From a virus, in IMG/VR virus record IMGVR_UViG_3300018426_001942, positions 87,965-151,964 of that record: a stretch of DNA of 64,000 bases. One strand, given 5' to 3'. The position numbers and the translations under genes were made by a program. Under the pieces are notes generated by a model. It searched no databases. It had not been told where the DNA came from and saw only the letters and a program-made list of their open reading frames with translations. Of the stretch, positions 28,399 to 41,900 are shown piece by piece; within the stretch, counting starts at the first letter, position 1, and every line of letters begins with the position of its first letter.

Positions 28399-28427
28399 TA
28401 TTTACGTGTCTACACGTTGTATTTATA
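28399..28427 (-). promoter_or_regulatory. T4-type late promoter TATAAATA (28427-28420), palindrome ACGTGT-N2-ACACGT (28404-28417), second TAAATA (28404-28399)
   Basis: Exact T4 late consensus in the intergenic gap upstream of the ATG at 28383. Confidence 0.7.
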
Positions 28428-30242
28428 CTAATTTGCTACCCATGCTCCATTAGTAATAATAAAGTTTCTTTGCCCTCTTGTAACACTCAAAGTAAATGTT
28501 GGCGTTAAAGAGTTAGGTAAATTTACACCTTGTATAACACTAACAACACCGCCTGCTGCTGCGTTTACATCTACTTCGGTAAATGTAGTTGGAGTAGCAA
28601 TGTCAATTGCGTCAGTTGATTGTCCTGATGCGTAAAAGAATGTTGCTATACGTGCTTCTTTTCCATTAGCAAAACTAGATGCTGGATAAAGACTGTTCAG
28701 TATTGTAATTAGTTCATCGTTTACACTAATCATTCCTGTAATATCCATAGAAAACACAATTGGTTCTGTTTGGATAGTTTGATCTGTGTAGTTTTTATTA
28801 GATGCATCAGCTGGATTTGTAGGACTATCAAGACCTGTAATTTTGCTGTTGTTAACTTCAATATCTCCAGCAACATTAAATTCAAATCCAGTTGCTCCGC
28901 CTGTCCTTGTAAGTGTTCCTGTTCCATTTAAATTTGTATTGCCAACTGAAAGTTGTGTTAGAATACCGACATTTTGTAAACTACTGTTTACAACTCCTGA
29001 CCCTAGTGTAGTTGAAGAAAGTACATCTACTTCGTTTATTTTATAAGTCTTAGTAGATGCTAAATCAAAGTTTTCGCTACTAGTCCAACTTGCTGTAGAT
29101 AATTGCCAATTAATTGTTTTATCTACTTGGGCTTTTAAAGTAATACCGCCGCCTGTTGCTGTTGCATCAGTTGGACTGTCTACAACACCTAATTCAATAT
29201 TTTTATCAGCAATTTGTAGTGTTTCTGCTTCAGTAACAAAACTGTCACCTTCTACAGTAAGATTGCCTGTTATTCTAGCATCACCTGTTACATCTAAATT
29301 GTATGCAGGATTAGAATTAAAAATACCTACACGTTTTGAGTTAGGCTTAATTTTAATTGCACTAGTTGCATCAAGTACATCTTGTGCGCCACGTACAACA
29401 ATATTAAAGTCAGCACCCGACTTATAATTTCTAATTGTAAAACCATTGTCTATAAACATTTGGGTATCGTCGTCAACACCAACTGTAACACCGCCTGACG
29501 ATCTTATGTTTAATTTACCGTATAAAACTGAATCTTCATCATTTTTCATTAATCTTGATTCAGGAACAATATCTCCTAATGCACTAATTAAGTTTTCTGA
29601 TTTTTCTGCTATACCATGATACTTAAATTCGTTAATGTCTATTAAGTTAATACCCTTCTTAATAATACCTTGTGGGTTCTCTGTTGTAACTAATCCAGCA
29701 ACAAGATTATTAGGTAACGGATTAGGTGTAAATGTTTCTCCTGATATTACAGAATATAATATTTCATTGACAAAAAGTTTTAGTACAGTTTTAGGATTTA
29801 AATCTGTATCAAAAATTGTATCGGTAACAAATCCACTTTTTCCTTGTAGCCTACTATATGCAGGACCAATCAGTGTCCATTCTGAACCGTCATACAAGTA
29901 AAATTGTTTTTCCGCTGTACTAAACCAAGTATCTCCTGGCACTGGTCCGCTTGGAAATGTTTCACTAATAAAACTACCAGCTGCTGACTGAAAATCAGTA
30001 CCATCAAAAACTTTTAATTTGTTTTCGCTAGTGTCATACCAAAGCTGGCCGCGTAACGGTGCTACAGGCTGATTTGGATTAGCAAAATTTTCTAAAATTT
30101 TAATAAAGTTTTCATTTAAAAATTCGCCATATCCTGTATAGTTCCTGCCTACTAATGCAAGATCAGTTGTATCTGTATCTAGTATCCCGTCAACTAGTTC
30201 TGTAAGCAATGTTCCGTCTGTTTTATTTAAATTATAACTCAT
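28428..30242 (-). CDS. Tail fibre/baseplate-associated structural protein
   Basis: Same N-domain (GRNYTGYGE..ENFA..GQLWYD); RVGIFNSNP.Y.LDV.G fibre motif; ITGL..PT...DA.NK.Y.D motif. Confidence 0.7.
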   Translation of the reverse strand: MSYNLNKTDGTLLTELVDGILDTDTTDLALVGRNYTGYGEFLNENFIKILENFANPNQPVAPLRGQLWYDTSENKLKVFDGTDFQSAAGSFISETFPSGPVPGDTWFSTAEKQFYLYDGSEWTLIGPAYSRLQGKSGFVTDTIFDTDLNPKTVLKLFVNEILYSVISGETFTPNPLPNNLVAGLVTTENPQGIIKKGINLIDINEFKYHGIAEKSENLISALGDIVPESRLMKNDEDSVLYGKLNIRSSGGVTVGVDDDTQMFIDNGFTIRNYKSGADFNIVVRGAQDVLDATSAIKIKPNSKRVGIFNSNPAYNLDVTGDARITGNLTVEGDSFVTEAETLQIADKNIELGVVDSPTDATATGGGITLKAQVDKTINWQLSTASWTSSENFDLASTKTYKINEVDVLSSTTLGSGVVNSSLQNVGILTQLSVGNTNLNGTGTLTRTGGATGFEFNVAGDIEVNNSKITGLDSPTNPADASNKNYTDQTIQTEPIVFSMDITGMISVNDELITILNSLYPASSFANGKEARIATFFYASGQSTDAIDIATPTTFTEVDVNAAAGGVVSVIQGVNLPNSLTPTFTLSVTRGQRNFIITNGAWVAN

Positions 30243-30250
30243 GTTGTTTC

Positions 30251-32326
30251 CTAAGCATTGTCAGCAAATATAATATAGTTTACTGTAGCGAAAGGAGGCA
30301 TAATATCTAGCTCTAAGCCCAATCCACCACTTCTATAATTACCTTGTCCATCTGTACCGCCCTCGTCAATAGGACCACTACTTGGAATACCACTTGTAGT
30401 TTGGGCTCCTTGTGCAATATTCAACGGTTGGTTAATACTGTTTTGTTCTGATACTGTATTATCTAGTATCGCATAGTGTTGTGTACCACCTGGTGATTTA
30501 AGATCGTGTTCGTGATCTGGTAAGTGTTCTTTTGTAATGTCTTTAAATTCACTACCTGACGATTTACCTACTTCGTCAGCATTTGAATTTGTTGTAACAT
30601 CTGCAGGTACTCCGCCCATACTATCCATACCGAGTAGGAATCTGCCTCTAAAATCTGGTAGGGCAAAGTGTGTAGTACTCGGATTTTGGAATGTTGGATC
30701 TGAAGGACTTTTAAACTTAAATCCAATTACATCAAATAAATTGGATGCCTCTGTTTTTTTAATTTCTCTACCGTCACATAAGTACCAACCAGGAGGTGCT
30801 ACATCACCGCCAAACGGTGCAATCATTCCAATTGGATTTTTTGGCACACCTTTTAATAGGTTTGATTGAGAAATTTTAAATAAACCTTGATCACCTTGTG
30901 TTCTGTTTATAAGTAACTCATCTCCAGTTTGTGTTGTTACTACAACTTGTTTAGAAGCAATAAACTGGTTACTAAGTTCCGTAGTAAATGTTTGATTTAA
31001 TGAGCCTGCACCATCAAAGGTAATTTCATTTGAACTGACGTCACCTTCCATTTTGAATACAGTTTTATTATTTAATTTTGCTGCACTCGATGCTGTACCA
31101 GTAATTGTGCCTGAAACACTACCTTTAAAAAATCCTTCAAACGTGTCTGCTTTAACAGTGCCGAAACCTTCTATGTTAGGCTTGGTAAGTGCATCAGGAT
31201 CTGCAACAATATTATTGCCTATATTTGTTTGTCCTTTTACAGTTAAATCTGCTCCTACTTTAGTATTTTTTGCAATACTAGCACCACCTGAAGTAATTAT
31301 TGCACCTTCTGTTAATACATCATTAAATGAATTATCTGCATCTTCAGTGCCTGCTACTTCTAAATTACCTGAAAATTTGCCGCTACCTGTTACATCTAAT
31401 GGTACTTGAGGATTGGTATTATTAATACCTACATTAGTATCTGATTTTATCTGTACTACAGTTTGCTCGCCTTGATCATTTTTTACTTTCAATGCAAGAC
31501 TAGCACCATTAAAATTACTCTTTACAACGCCGCCTTCGCCTGATGCTTCAAGTGCTAATTGCGCATTTGCACCAACTTGTACACCTTGATTGTTTTTTAC
31601 ATAAAGTGTACCATTTGCGGTTGTGTTAACATCTGCACGTAAAAAATTAGAAGAACTAATATCATTGTTACCTATTCTCAATGCATCTGAAGACTGTGCT
31701 ACTCCGTTATATTTGGCGTTGGTACCTGCTAAAGTTAAACTTGTTAAATTCATACCAGGCTTAATTTCTGAAAACCCTCTAATATTAACTTTAGGAATAA
31801 ATTGGTCTTTTGACAGTATGATTACAGGAACAGCGTCAATTTCTATTTTTAATACGGTATAAGTTTTATCATCAGTACCTACTATTGTGTCTGGTCTAGT
31901 GCCCGATGTTAATCCGTCACTAAATTCAGGACCTACTAAAATCCAACTTGCTCCATTGTTTAAATAAAGTTGTTGGTTACTAGTATCTACCCATAAATCT
32001 CCAATAACACTATTTCCAACTTCAGGTTGTGCGGCACCTTTTTTAACACCGCCTGACTCAACCCAGTTAGTTCCGTCATAAACTTTTAATGTATCAACAC
32101 CTACTGATGTATCATACCATGTTTGTCCTTCTACTGGGTTAGAAGGAGGATTATTATTTGCAAAATTTTCTAAAATATGTAGGAAGTTACTTGCTATTGC
32201 TTCGCCATACCCAGTTGTATTTCTTCCAGGTATAGCTAAACTTGTGTCAGAAGTATTAATTTCTCTATCTTCGACAATTATAGCACCTTTGTTTATGCTA
32301 TCTGTAAACTGGATTTGGTAAGCCAT
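30251..32326 (-). CDS. Short tail fibre-like protein with a phage tail collar domain
   Basis: PIGMIAPFGGDVAPPGWYLCDGR...FALPDFRGRF (collar); HLPDHEH metal-binding tip; C-terminal MPPFATVNYII; shared N-domain. Confidence 0.82.
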   Translation of the reverse strand: MAYQIQFTDSINKGAIIVEDREINTSDTSLAIPGRNTTGYGEAIASNFLHILENFANNNPPSNPVEGQTWYDTSVGVDTLKVYDGTNWVESGGVKKGAAQPEVGNSVIGDLWVDTSNQQLYLNNGASWILVGPEFSDGLTSGTRPDTIVGTDDKTYTVLKIEIDAVPVIILSKDQFIPKVNIRGFSEIKPGMNLTSLTLAGTNAKYNGVAQSSDALRIGNNDISSSNFLRADVNTTANGTLYVKNNQGVQVGANAQLALEASGEGGVVKSNFNGASLALKVKNDQGEQTVVQIKSDTNVGINNTNPQVPLDVTGSGKFSGNLEVAGTEDADNSFNDVLTEGAIITSGGASIAKNTKVGADLTVKGQTNIGNNIVADPDALTKPNIEGFGTVKADTFEGFFKGSVSGTITGTASSAAKLNNKTVFKMEGDVSSNEITFDGAGSLNQTFTTELSNQFIASKQVVVTTQTGDELLINRTQGDQGLFKISQSNLLKGVPKNPIGMIAPFGGDVAPPGWYLCDGREIKKTEASNLFDVIGFKFKSPSDPTFQNPSTTHFALPDFRGRFLLGMDSMGGVPADVTTNSNADEVGKSSGSEFKDITKEHLPDHEHDLKSPGGTQHYAILDNTVSEQNSINQPLNIAQGAQTTSGIPSSGPIDEGGTDGQGNYRSGGLGLELDIMPPFATVNYIIFADNA

Positions 32327-32946
32327 TAGCTATTTCCTCCGCTAAGACTTTGTACTCTTACAGTATAATCTACTTGTATAAGTCTGTTTAAACTCTTTTG
32401 TACAGGATGAAATATAACATGTGTTAATAGTCTTCCATTTCCTAATACTCCGTCTGAACTTGCACTACGTAATCCTAATTCGTCAAATACAAAAGCATTA
32501 TCAGCATCTGATGCTGTATCAAATGCATCTTGTCCGTTAGGCTCACCATAATCTAGCAAGCAGGAAATAACTATATCTGTATAGTTTGTACCATTTAAAT
32601 GTCTTGTTTCAATTCTGTTTCTTGTAGGATCGTTATTATCAGTATTTCTATCATCTACAATTTTACTAAATGTTTGGTTATATAGTCCTGCATTAGTTCC
32701 TGTACTATTAGGTGTAAGATACGTAATAACACCTGTACTATCAATATTAGTACCGCCATTTCCAAAGCTCATAACCGCAATAGGACCTTGTCCAGCATTA
32801 CCTAAACTTTCTGCAAGAGCAATACTCATGTTCTCATAGTGTATAGCATTCTTTTTGTTTACAAAAATTTCGCCTGACTTTGGATCATGTATCTTGATAT
32901 GACCTTGTACATATACACCGCTATTTTCATTAATTTTGTTTGTCAT
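32326..32946 (-). CDS. Virion/baseplate structural protein (hypothetical)
   Basis: 206-aa ORF in the structural operon; KNAIH..MSFGNGG..FDELGL..THVIFHPVQKS pattern typical of baseplate periphery proteins. Confidence 0.65.
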   Translation of the reverse strand: MTNKINENSGVYVQGHIKIHDPKSGEIFVNKKNAIHYENMSIALAESLGNAGQGPIAVMSFGNGGTNIDSTGVITYLTPNSTGTNAGLYNQTFSKIVDDRNTDNNDPTRNRIETRHLNGTNYTDIVISCLLDYGEPNGQDAFDTASDADNAFVFDELGLRSASSDGVLGNGRLLTHVIFHPVQKSLNRLIQVDYTVRVQSLSGGNS

Positions 32947-32964
32947 TTTTTATTCCTACATGTG

Positions 32965-32970
32965 TATTTA
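32965..32970 (-). promoter_or_regulatory. Putative late promoter TAAATA overlapping the stop codon of the giant gene
   Basis: AATAAATA, then an AGGA SD and the ATG at 32946. Confidence 0.55.
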
Positions 32971-35900
32971 TTCGGGTAATTCACTTATTGCTCCGCGCAA
33001 GAAATTACCAATGTCATTTTGAACATCTTTAAGTGGAGTTCCTGGGTCAGTCCACAATTTACCTACTTTCCTAATAACAATTAGCTTCTGATTTTCTTTC
33101 ATAGGTTCAGTAAGTGTTAAAATATTACCGTTTACACTAAACTCTGCTGGTGTATTTACGTCACCTTGTGGCGAATCAATAGCCAATGTTGGATCAAACT
33201 TTTGTATAGCATTTTTGTTTAATCGTTTGCCAGCGGCAAACACTTCAAATTCATTAACGCTTCCAGGTACAAAGTCAAGTGTAAATTCAGTTTGTCCTTC
33301 AGTTACAGGGTCTACTGGTGACCAAACAATAGTTTCGTCTTTGTAAGGGATATTTTTATCTATAGAGCCACCGTAAATTTTAGTTCCTACTGGATAAACT
33401 GGCTTTGCTCCTGTCCCTAAAGTTCCCCTTCTTAGTTGTCTAAGTTCGTTATTAGTTTTAGCAAAATATTCTATACGTTCGCCGTCAATCCATATTACGC
33501 CTGGCCTGTTAGCACGTTTGTCTGGGTTAGGTAAAAGCTCTGCGTTTTCTACTATAACTACTTTTAAGTCATCATATTTTAGATCTTGTGCTAATTCTAT
33601 TCCTTGATTATTATCAACCCTCTTATAGTGTGTTCTATTCAATATGTCCTTGAATTGCTTCCATGCTATAGTCGGTGTACTAATAGGTGCTGTAAAATGT
33701 ATTACATCAACAACATCATTTTCACTTGGTTCGTTTACAAGATGTATTATTCTTCCGTTTGGATCTAGTTTATAATCAACTGTAGGTGTAAGCATATTAC
33801 CATTCAACATAACCCAAACATATTCTACGCCTAATGCAGGTTGTTGTAATAAAATTCTTCCTGCTGTTAGAGCATGATATTTAGAATAATTTTCAGATCC
33901 AGGTGTAAGAGTACTTCTATTAATAACATCATAACTTATTCTATGAATATCCAAAACGTCATGATTTGTAAATGTATACACATTCATTACAGCGTCTTCA
34001 GCTGGGGCTGTTTCAAATACAACTTGATCACCAATTATATTGTATCCGCTGTTCCTTAAATATATGCTTAAAACATCTCCGTTACTTACTAGATTATTTT
34101 CTAATATAATTGAACTTGTACCAATGTTAATTAGGTAGTCTTCAACTTGGGTAAGTTTAGATCCGTTTAAGTAAACTTCTAACTGAGCTGCAACAATACT
34201 CGAAGGTGGTACTTGGAATGTGTCTAGAGTATACTCACGAATTCTATCATTTGTGATTGTTAATACTTTAGAATAACCTGGCTTTTGTATAACTCCATCA
34301 ATTTCTACAATACTAAAGAACTCTGCTGGTGTTGCATACTGAGATGCAATAGAAAGATTATAAACTGTACTCGAGCCGTCAGCAACTATAGAATCTTTAT
34401 TAACTTTACTGTAATTAATTTGTGTATTATTAGAATATATTTCATAATCAAGTCTTGTACCAGCTACTGGTGCAATTGGTGAAAACTTAAATTCTATAAA
34501 TCCGTTGTCACTTTTTCTTGCAATTAACTCTGGACCGTCTGGTATAATACCATCTCGTCTTAAAAAGATACTGTATCTATCATTCCACATAATTTGTGTT
34601 TCGTAAATATCTTTACCATCTTCTGTAAGAATAGTTCCTATATCGATAATATTTTGCCCGTTAACTCCTATAGTTAATATAGTCAATATTTGATCTTGAG
34701 CCAGCGCATTGTTAAATGTTATTTTTAAATTTTTATAATCTACAGTATATTCTGATTTATCAACTATTGTATTACCTAATTTTACAATAACAGCATCTTC
34801 AGAATTAGGAAGTAAACCTAAAGGATATTCTGTAGTACTTCCGTCTGTTAGATAATTTTGATTATAAACTTGACCTTGACCTTCACCTGTTCTTTCATAA
34901 ACAGTAATATCAACACTATCTAAAACCTGTCCTGCTACTAATTCTTCAGGACCTTGGCTAGTAAGCGGAGTAACAAATAGATCACCGTCTAGTATTATGT
35001 CATCTGCATTTACGCCAGCAGCATTTCCATAATCTATAGTGCCTCCATCTAATTGTGTATCATATGAATCAGGATCAGGTAAGAAACTACCATCTGATGT
35101 AATCTTTCTTATAGTAAACACATCACCGTCATTTAATTCAATGTCGTTATCTGCTAAATTAATAATTGTAGTAACACCGTCGCCTGTTATTGTTTGTATT
35201 AGTGCATTTTGATTGTTACCATTTGGATATAACGGATCGTCAATTCTAATTGCTTGCGCTTGGCCAGCACGTTTTAAATAGACATTGTATACTATTTCAT
35301 CTTCAAGTGGCTTAGATAACTCTACAGCAACAGTTGTACCATCAGCAATGAATACTTCATCTTCAAAAGTATTATCATAACTATCCCAAGTATCTGTACC
35401 ATAATCGTCTACCATCCAACCTGATGTGCCTTCGAAACCAAAACTTTTAACTTCAACGCCGCCGTAGTCAACACCTGTCATAAGCTGGCCTAAATTTTTG
35501 CCAAGCATTCCAGTAGTTGGACTATAAAGTTGATTAATTCTATCTTGTGCATTAAGCATCAAAGGATTCTTTTCATATTCAACTACAATAATGCTGTTTA
35601 ATTCAGGTGCTGTTGTGAATTGAATTTGACCAAACTGTCTATTGTATGTGTAAGTTTTATCTTCTATATTTGAAAAAGTATATTGACTACGTAATAGTAA
35701 TTCACCGTTGACAGTAACCTTAACTTTATTTCTCTTTAAGTTCATAGGATACTTTAGTTGGAAAGTATCATTGATTGCTGTTCCTGTAAATGTTTCTGTT
35801 TCTGGCAATGACAGTATAAAGTACTCGCCTGAAACTCTATCAAATTTCATTTGAACATTTAGTGTTCTAACAACAGTTTCACCAATTTGTGCAGACGCAA

Positions 35901-38900
35901 CGGCTGTTGTAGAATCATCTGCACCCGAACCTGATATTGTTACAGTTGGTGCGCTTAAATATCCAGATCCTGGATTAGTTACTATAATTTTAACTACTTT
36001 TCCGGCGCCTAAATACGCTCTTGCTGTAGCGCCGGTTCCGCCGCCGCCGGTAATTGTAACAGTTGGAGGAAATGTATATTTGCTACCTCCATCATAAATG
36101 TTAATACCTACAACTTTAAATCCATTATTATCTTTCCAATTTTTTGCAGGATACTCGTCAAAGAATGCATCAACACCGATAATTTCATTATCAATAACTT
36201 TAACAGGTTTTGTCTTAATTGCATTTTCACTAAAGTCATAGAATGGTGGTAAATCAAAATCTGCTGTAACTGTATTAGTATTTTCTAACTTATCATAAGA
36301 GCTTACATATTCTCTAATATTAGTTTTGTAAGGTTTAACTTCTCTAATATAATCATTGTAACTACTTAAATTATCATTTTGATAATTAATTTTTTCAGTT
36401 AAGCCGCCAACATTATGTTTTGCTTTAACAAAACTAGTTTTGTAAACCCAGTCAACATTTTGCTGTTCAGATAGTACATATCTTATACTTGCAAAGAATA
36501 GTTCTTGCCATTTAATTTTTAAGTCATCAACAAAAATGTCATTCTTCAAAGCTTCTAATATTTTTCTTGCTTCTGTAACAGGCTCTGTATCAAAGAATCT
36601 ATTATCAAAACCTAATAAATCATAACCAACTGTATTTTCTACAACATCGTAAAGTTTGCTACTGATTTCTATAGTGCCGTTTTGTCTACCTATAGTTTCA
36701 TAATCAATTGTATAATCAGCACTGTTAGTATTCTTAATACGTTTAAGTAAGAGCCAACCGCCTGTTCCGATATTTGCAATTTTAACAATTTGTCCGATTT
36801 TTGCGTTTGCCGATAAAAGCTGATAACTTTCATCAACACGATGATCAATTCTAGTAAACTGATTAGTGTTAGGTGCATACCAATCAATATATTTCCAATA
36901 TGCTGTTGTATCAAAACTTGAAGACAATTTTCTGTCCCATAAGCCCGAAGTTGCATTCCAACTGTAAATAGCCCACTTATTATCAACAGTAATGTCATTT
37001 TCTACATAGATTGATACAGGTCTAACGGTAATAACAGTGTTTTCATCGTACCCTGTGCCGCCATTAATTATGTTTACTTTGTTAATTTGTCCTAGTGGAT
37101 TAATTTCTAAATTAAAATCTAAACCAGTACCTTTACCTACAACAGTAAAACTAGGTCCGTGTCTAACTGTTGAAGTTTCTATATTATAAGTAGGATCTGC
37201 ATATCCTCTACCTGTATTGATAATTCTGATATCAGTTACTACGCCGTTATGTACTGACGGTATTAAAGTTGCTTGTGCAATTTTGTTTGTACCAATAAAT
37301 TGTACTTCGTCCAAAGTGTCTACTTTGTAATCATAAAGTCTTTCAGTAACAAATGGAGGTTGATCAACGCTATTTAATGTGTCAAAACTAAAGTCATCAA
37401 CAATAATAGTTTCTTGCAAGGCAATATTAGCTCTTTCAATTACTTGCTTAAATGCTTCTTGTCTATTTACAAACCAACTTTGTCTAGGACTATTTAAATT
37501 GCCGTATTTGTCTGCAGGACTAAGTTCAGGATCAGGTACTGTACGACCCCTATCATCATAACCAATTAAACTATCAATCCATTTTCTTTCCAAATCTGCT
37601 CTAGGAACACTTGTTTCTAAACCTTCAGTGACCAATTGATATTCTAAATGTCTATTTTGCTCTTGTGTATCTTGCGTATAATAACTTACGTGCAGAGCTA
37701 CTTCTTTATCTTTTATCAAACTTTCACCGTTGTAAATAACAAATCTGTTATCACTAAGTAGAGCAACAAACTGATATCCTTGTCCTCTTGGGTCTCCAAT
37801 TAGTTTTGCAACTTCTGATGCCGGTAAACTTCTATCTTCTGTTGCGGGTATTGTTAATTTATTTTTTACCCAGAAGTAATATTTTGTATTAAAAGTTTTT
37901 GTTGCTGAATTATATGAAAGTTTTTGGCTATATGCATCTACACCATACTTAGATTGTCCGCTTATGCCTTGAGCGAAACCTCTAGCTGTATCTGCTAGTG
38001 TATCCCACTCATCTGGAGGAATAGAACTTTCTACCCACTCATAGACATCAACAGAATAGTTAGGAATTAATTTGCTCCAGTAGTTTGCTTGAGTGGCTAC
38101 ATCTTCTTGATATGCATTAAAGAATTTTGCGGTTGATAAATCCCACCACAATTTGCCCACATACTTTTCTTCCCAGTTGTCAGTTTCACTAAAGAAGTTT
38201 GGCAAACTTGTGACATTATATCTAGCTAAATCAATATTAGATTTAAATGTTAATTCTTGTTCAGCAGGTCCTGCTATCTTACCTTGCACAGGATCGATGT
38301 AATCAATGTATGATACTAATTTATCTGTAACAGTATTGTACAAGTAAACTGACTTAATTGCATTAACGTCTACAACATTGTTTGGTGTTCTAATAGTTGT
38401 CCAGGGTTTTTGATCAGCAGCAACCTTATAATCAACCCAACTACCAGGATTGATTCCTACTTCGTCTACATTAGGATCTCCAGGTATACCAACATATATG
38501 TGGTTTTTATTTGCTAACACTTGGTCGCCAAACCTACCTGCTTGTAATACTGTAGAATCACCGCCGTAGTCTAATTCTTCTCCAAGAATATATGCGTCTT
38601 TTATAAACTGATAAAGTCTTACACTTCCGCTGTCTATTTTCTTATCCGGGAATGTTGTAAATGTTTCATCAAAGGATGTTTCGCCGCTATCAAAGGTTGT
38701 ATTGGTTATTATATCTCCGGCGCCGCTACTTACAGCAATCAAGTCATTTGTTGCGGTAACTTTAATACCAAATCTTTCAGCAGGTGTTTTCGTACCTGAC
38801 AATGTTTGGTGTAATTCATACTGTAATCCGTCTTTAGCATAAACGTAAACTTTACCTGCATGATATGCATCTTCACTGTTTTCAGGATCTCCAATAACAA

Positions 38901-41900
38901 TAATGTTTCCATTTTCAGATATATCTAAACTACTACCCCAACCAGTATTAGAAACTGGTGCAACAATAGTTTGACTTAAAACATATCTGTCATCTAGTAT
39001 TCTATAAATTAAAACTTTGTTATCTTGGTCAACTGATTCATCTGTAATAATACTCGTTACAAGAATTTGTCCATTTTCGCTAACTTTAACTTGCTTTGAA
39101 AAATCAATGACTTGCTCGTTTAAATCGTCAAACACAGGATCATTGTAAATATTAACATCATTTGGAAGTGTTGGTAGATAATTTACTTGGTTGCCTAATA
39201 TTTCCCATTTTAATAAATTTGTAGGAATAACATTTTTGTTAAAAGTCAATGCACTATACAACTGATTATCATATAATACAATTTCTCCAGTTTTGTAAAT
39301 TGCATCCGGAGTGTATGGTCCTCTATAATGAGGATTTATGTCAAGAGCAAATCTATATGTTTTTCCGTATTTGTCAGTACCGTGTTTAATTACGGTAAGA
39401 TTTTCTTTAGACCCTACATAGAATCTATATAAATCTCCATCTTGGCTTACAGCAACTTGTTTACCTACATTGCTACCTGTTGAACTTCCAGGAATAGTAT
39501 ATGTTCCTTGATTTGTCCAAACGCTTCCTACACTACTAAAGATACTATAAACACCTTGATTAGTAGGTTTGCTATCTGTTGATCCTGATGTATCTACAGG
39601 AAGATTGTAAACAAGTCTCCAGTCACTATTAGATGTGCTAGGTATGCTTGCTTGGGCTTCTGCTCCTGCTTCTGTTAAATTTTCTTTGTATATCCAAAAC
39701 TCTTTGTTTACATATGCAAAAGTATTTAGATCAGCAAACTGTTCCAATCCACCATATGATTCAGGATGTGCAGGAAACGGTGTTCCCCTTTCCATTACAG
39801 CAATTTTTCCTGTATTTGATCCTGTTAAAGAAATTTTATTAATAGGTCCCATAATACGCAAGTTTGCTTGCGGTGGATTTCCTTCTTGTGTTTCTAATAG
39901 CAATCTATTACCTTGTGTAAAGTTTCCTGTAACTTCTTTAAGATATACTCTACCTTGGTTAATATTACGTCTTATATAATATGCTACTCGACCTCTTGCA
40001 CCGGTGATCTCATCTCTAATAAAATCACCATCAGCTCCGCCTATGTTTACAATATTTCCTAATGTGTCTGTAAATACTTTACCCTCGTATGCAGGCTCAA
40101 AGAAGTCACCAACATCAGTATCTTGGTCTGATAATATATCAATATCTGCTGTTTGGAATTTTGTAAATGTAAAGTCAATATATCCTTCCCATACATCAAT
40201 AACAGTATGCAAGTTATCATTTAGATAAGATGCTTCGATGCCAAGTAATGATTCGTCAACTGGATCTGCTTGGTCGTCGATAGCAACCCTAAACTGATCA
40301 CCTGGTTGGTTAATTTCTCCAGCAAGCGTAGGTGGAACTCGCATTAGCCATCTTGGATCTAAAATATTTTGAATGCCGTCAACATCTTCGTTAATGTATG
40401 CTCCGCCTCTATGAGATAATATTCCAATAAATCCAGGTTCATCTCTATCTGGGAATAACGTACCATTTACATCATTAAGAATATTTTTATAAAAATTAGG
40501 AATTGTTCTTGCATAGGAATCAGTATTTTCATCATAAACTAGTATATCTCGATACACTAAGCCATAAGCAGGAACACCATAATCTTTTGTTTCTGTAAAT
40601 TCGTCTGACGTAACATATGTACCATTAGTATTGATATACCACCAGCCACCGATGCCGCCTGATGTACCATTAAAATTAGGTTGGGTATATGTACCAATTT
40701 CAGTACCTGCAGCATTTGATATTGTGCCGTTTTCTGTAAATACACCATTAGTGTCTTTAGTATAAATTACTAATTTAAAATCTCTTGTAAATGTTTTGAA
40801 AACAGTTGCAGAGCCACTAGGTGTTGAAATAACATCACCTTCTTCAGGCGGGTCTGTATATGGTTCAAGTAGTAATACACTATCAACCTTTTCAATAATT
40901 TCATGTTCGCCGTCTATAAAAGAGCCACCCGGTTCGTTGTATTGTGCTTGCACATTTTGCGAATTGATTCCTGTGGGGAATAGTTCTACTGAAGTATTTG
41001 GTCCTTCATTTCTATTAAAGTTTGTATAAAAATTCCAATTTAGAACAAGTTTATCTTTTACTTTAGTGCCTCTATATTGATCAAAAGGCGCAGCTATTAA
41101 TAAGTGATCTGTTTCGGTATTAGGTAAGTAAGGACTTCCTTGTAAAACTAATGTAAGTAAACTACTATCACTTTGTCTTTCTAAATTTGTATAGCTATCA
41201 AATGTACTAAATGCAACACTACTACTTTCTGGAGTAATAGTTCTTATAGACTTCCAATAGTTTTCATTAAACTTAACAATATCATTTTCGCTATATGCTG
41301 AAGTTTTACTATAATCTCCTTTATAACTAGATGCAACTCCACTTGCTGTACTAGATCCTACTATAATAAACTTTCCATCGGGGCTCATTGCAACACTTGC
41401 ACCAAATCTATGATCGTCATCCATTGGATACAATGCTGTATCTAAATCTAATTCAGATTCGTATAAGAAATTGCGTAAATTTGACCCTCTTTGATAGGTA
41501 TAAACTTTACCCTTATTATTATTTGCACTGTGATCTGCTATTGCTATTCTTGTATTAGCACTATTCACAGTCATTTCTGAACCAAACTCGTAAGTACTGG
41601 AAGGATCGTAATTTGCAGGGTTATTATAGTGATCTGCATCTAAAAATGCATCAGTTCTTTCAGCAACAAGCCAATCTTTAGTAGTTCCGTCTATCCAAAT
41701 CTTTTGTTGATTTGCAACTCGATCTTCCATTACATAATTTGCATTTTTAACTGTATCAAATTTGACTGATCTTAATTTACTGATATATCCGTCTACTTCT
41801 TCTAATGCTTCTATGCTTTGATTTGCACTAGCAAATACATCAATTTGTGTAGGTCTAACTGTTTCTATAATGTAAAACGCATCATTTGCTGTTGAAGTGT

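Noticed and set aside
22335-32326. Diversity-generating retroelement or invertible tail-fibre cassette
   Set aside because: No reverse transcriptase, recombinase or near-identical template/variable repeat pair was seen. The paralog similarity is at the diverged protein level.
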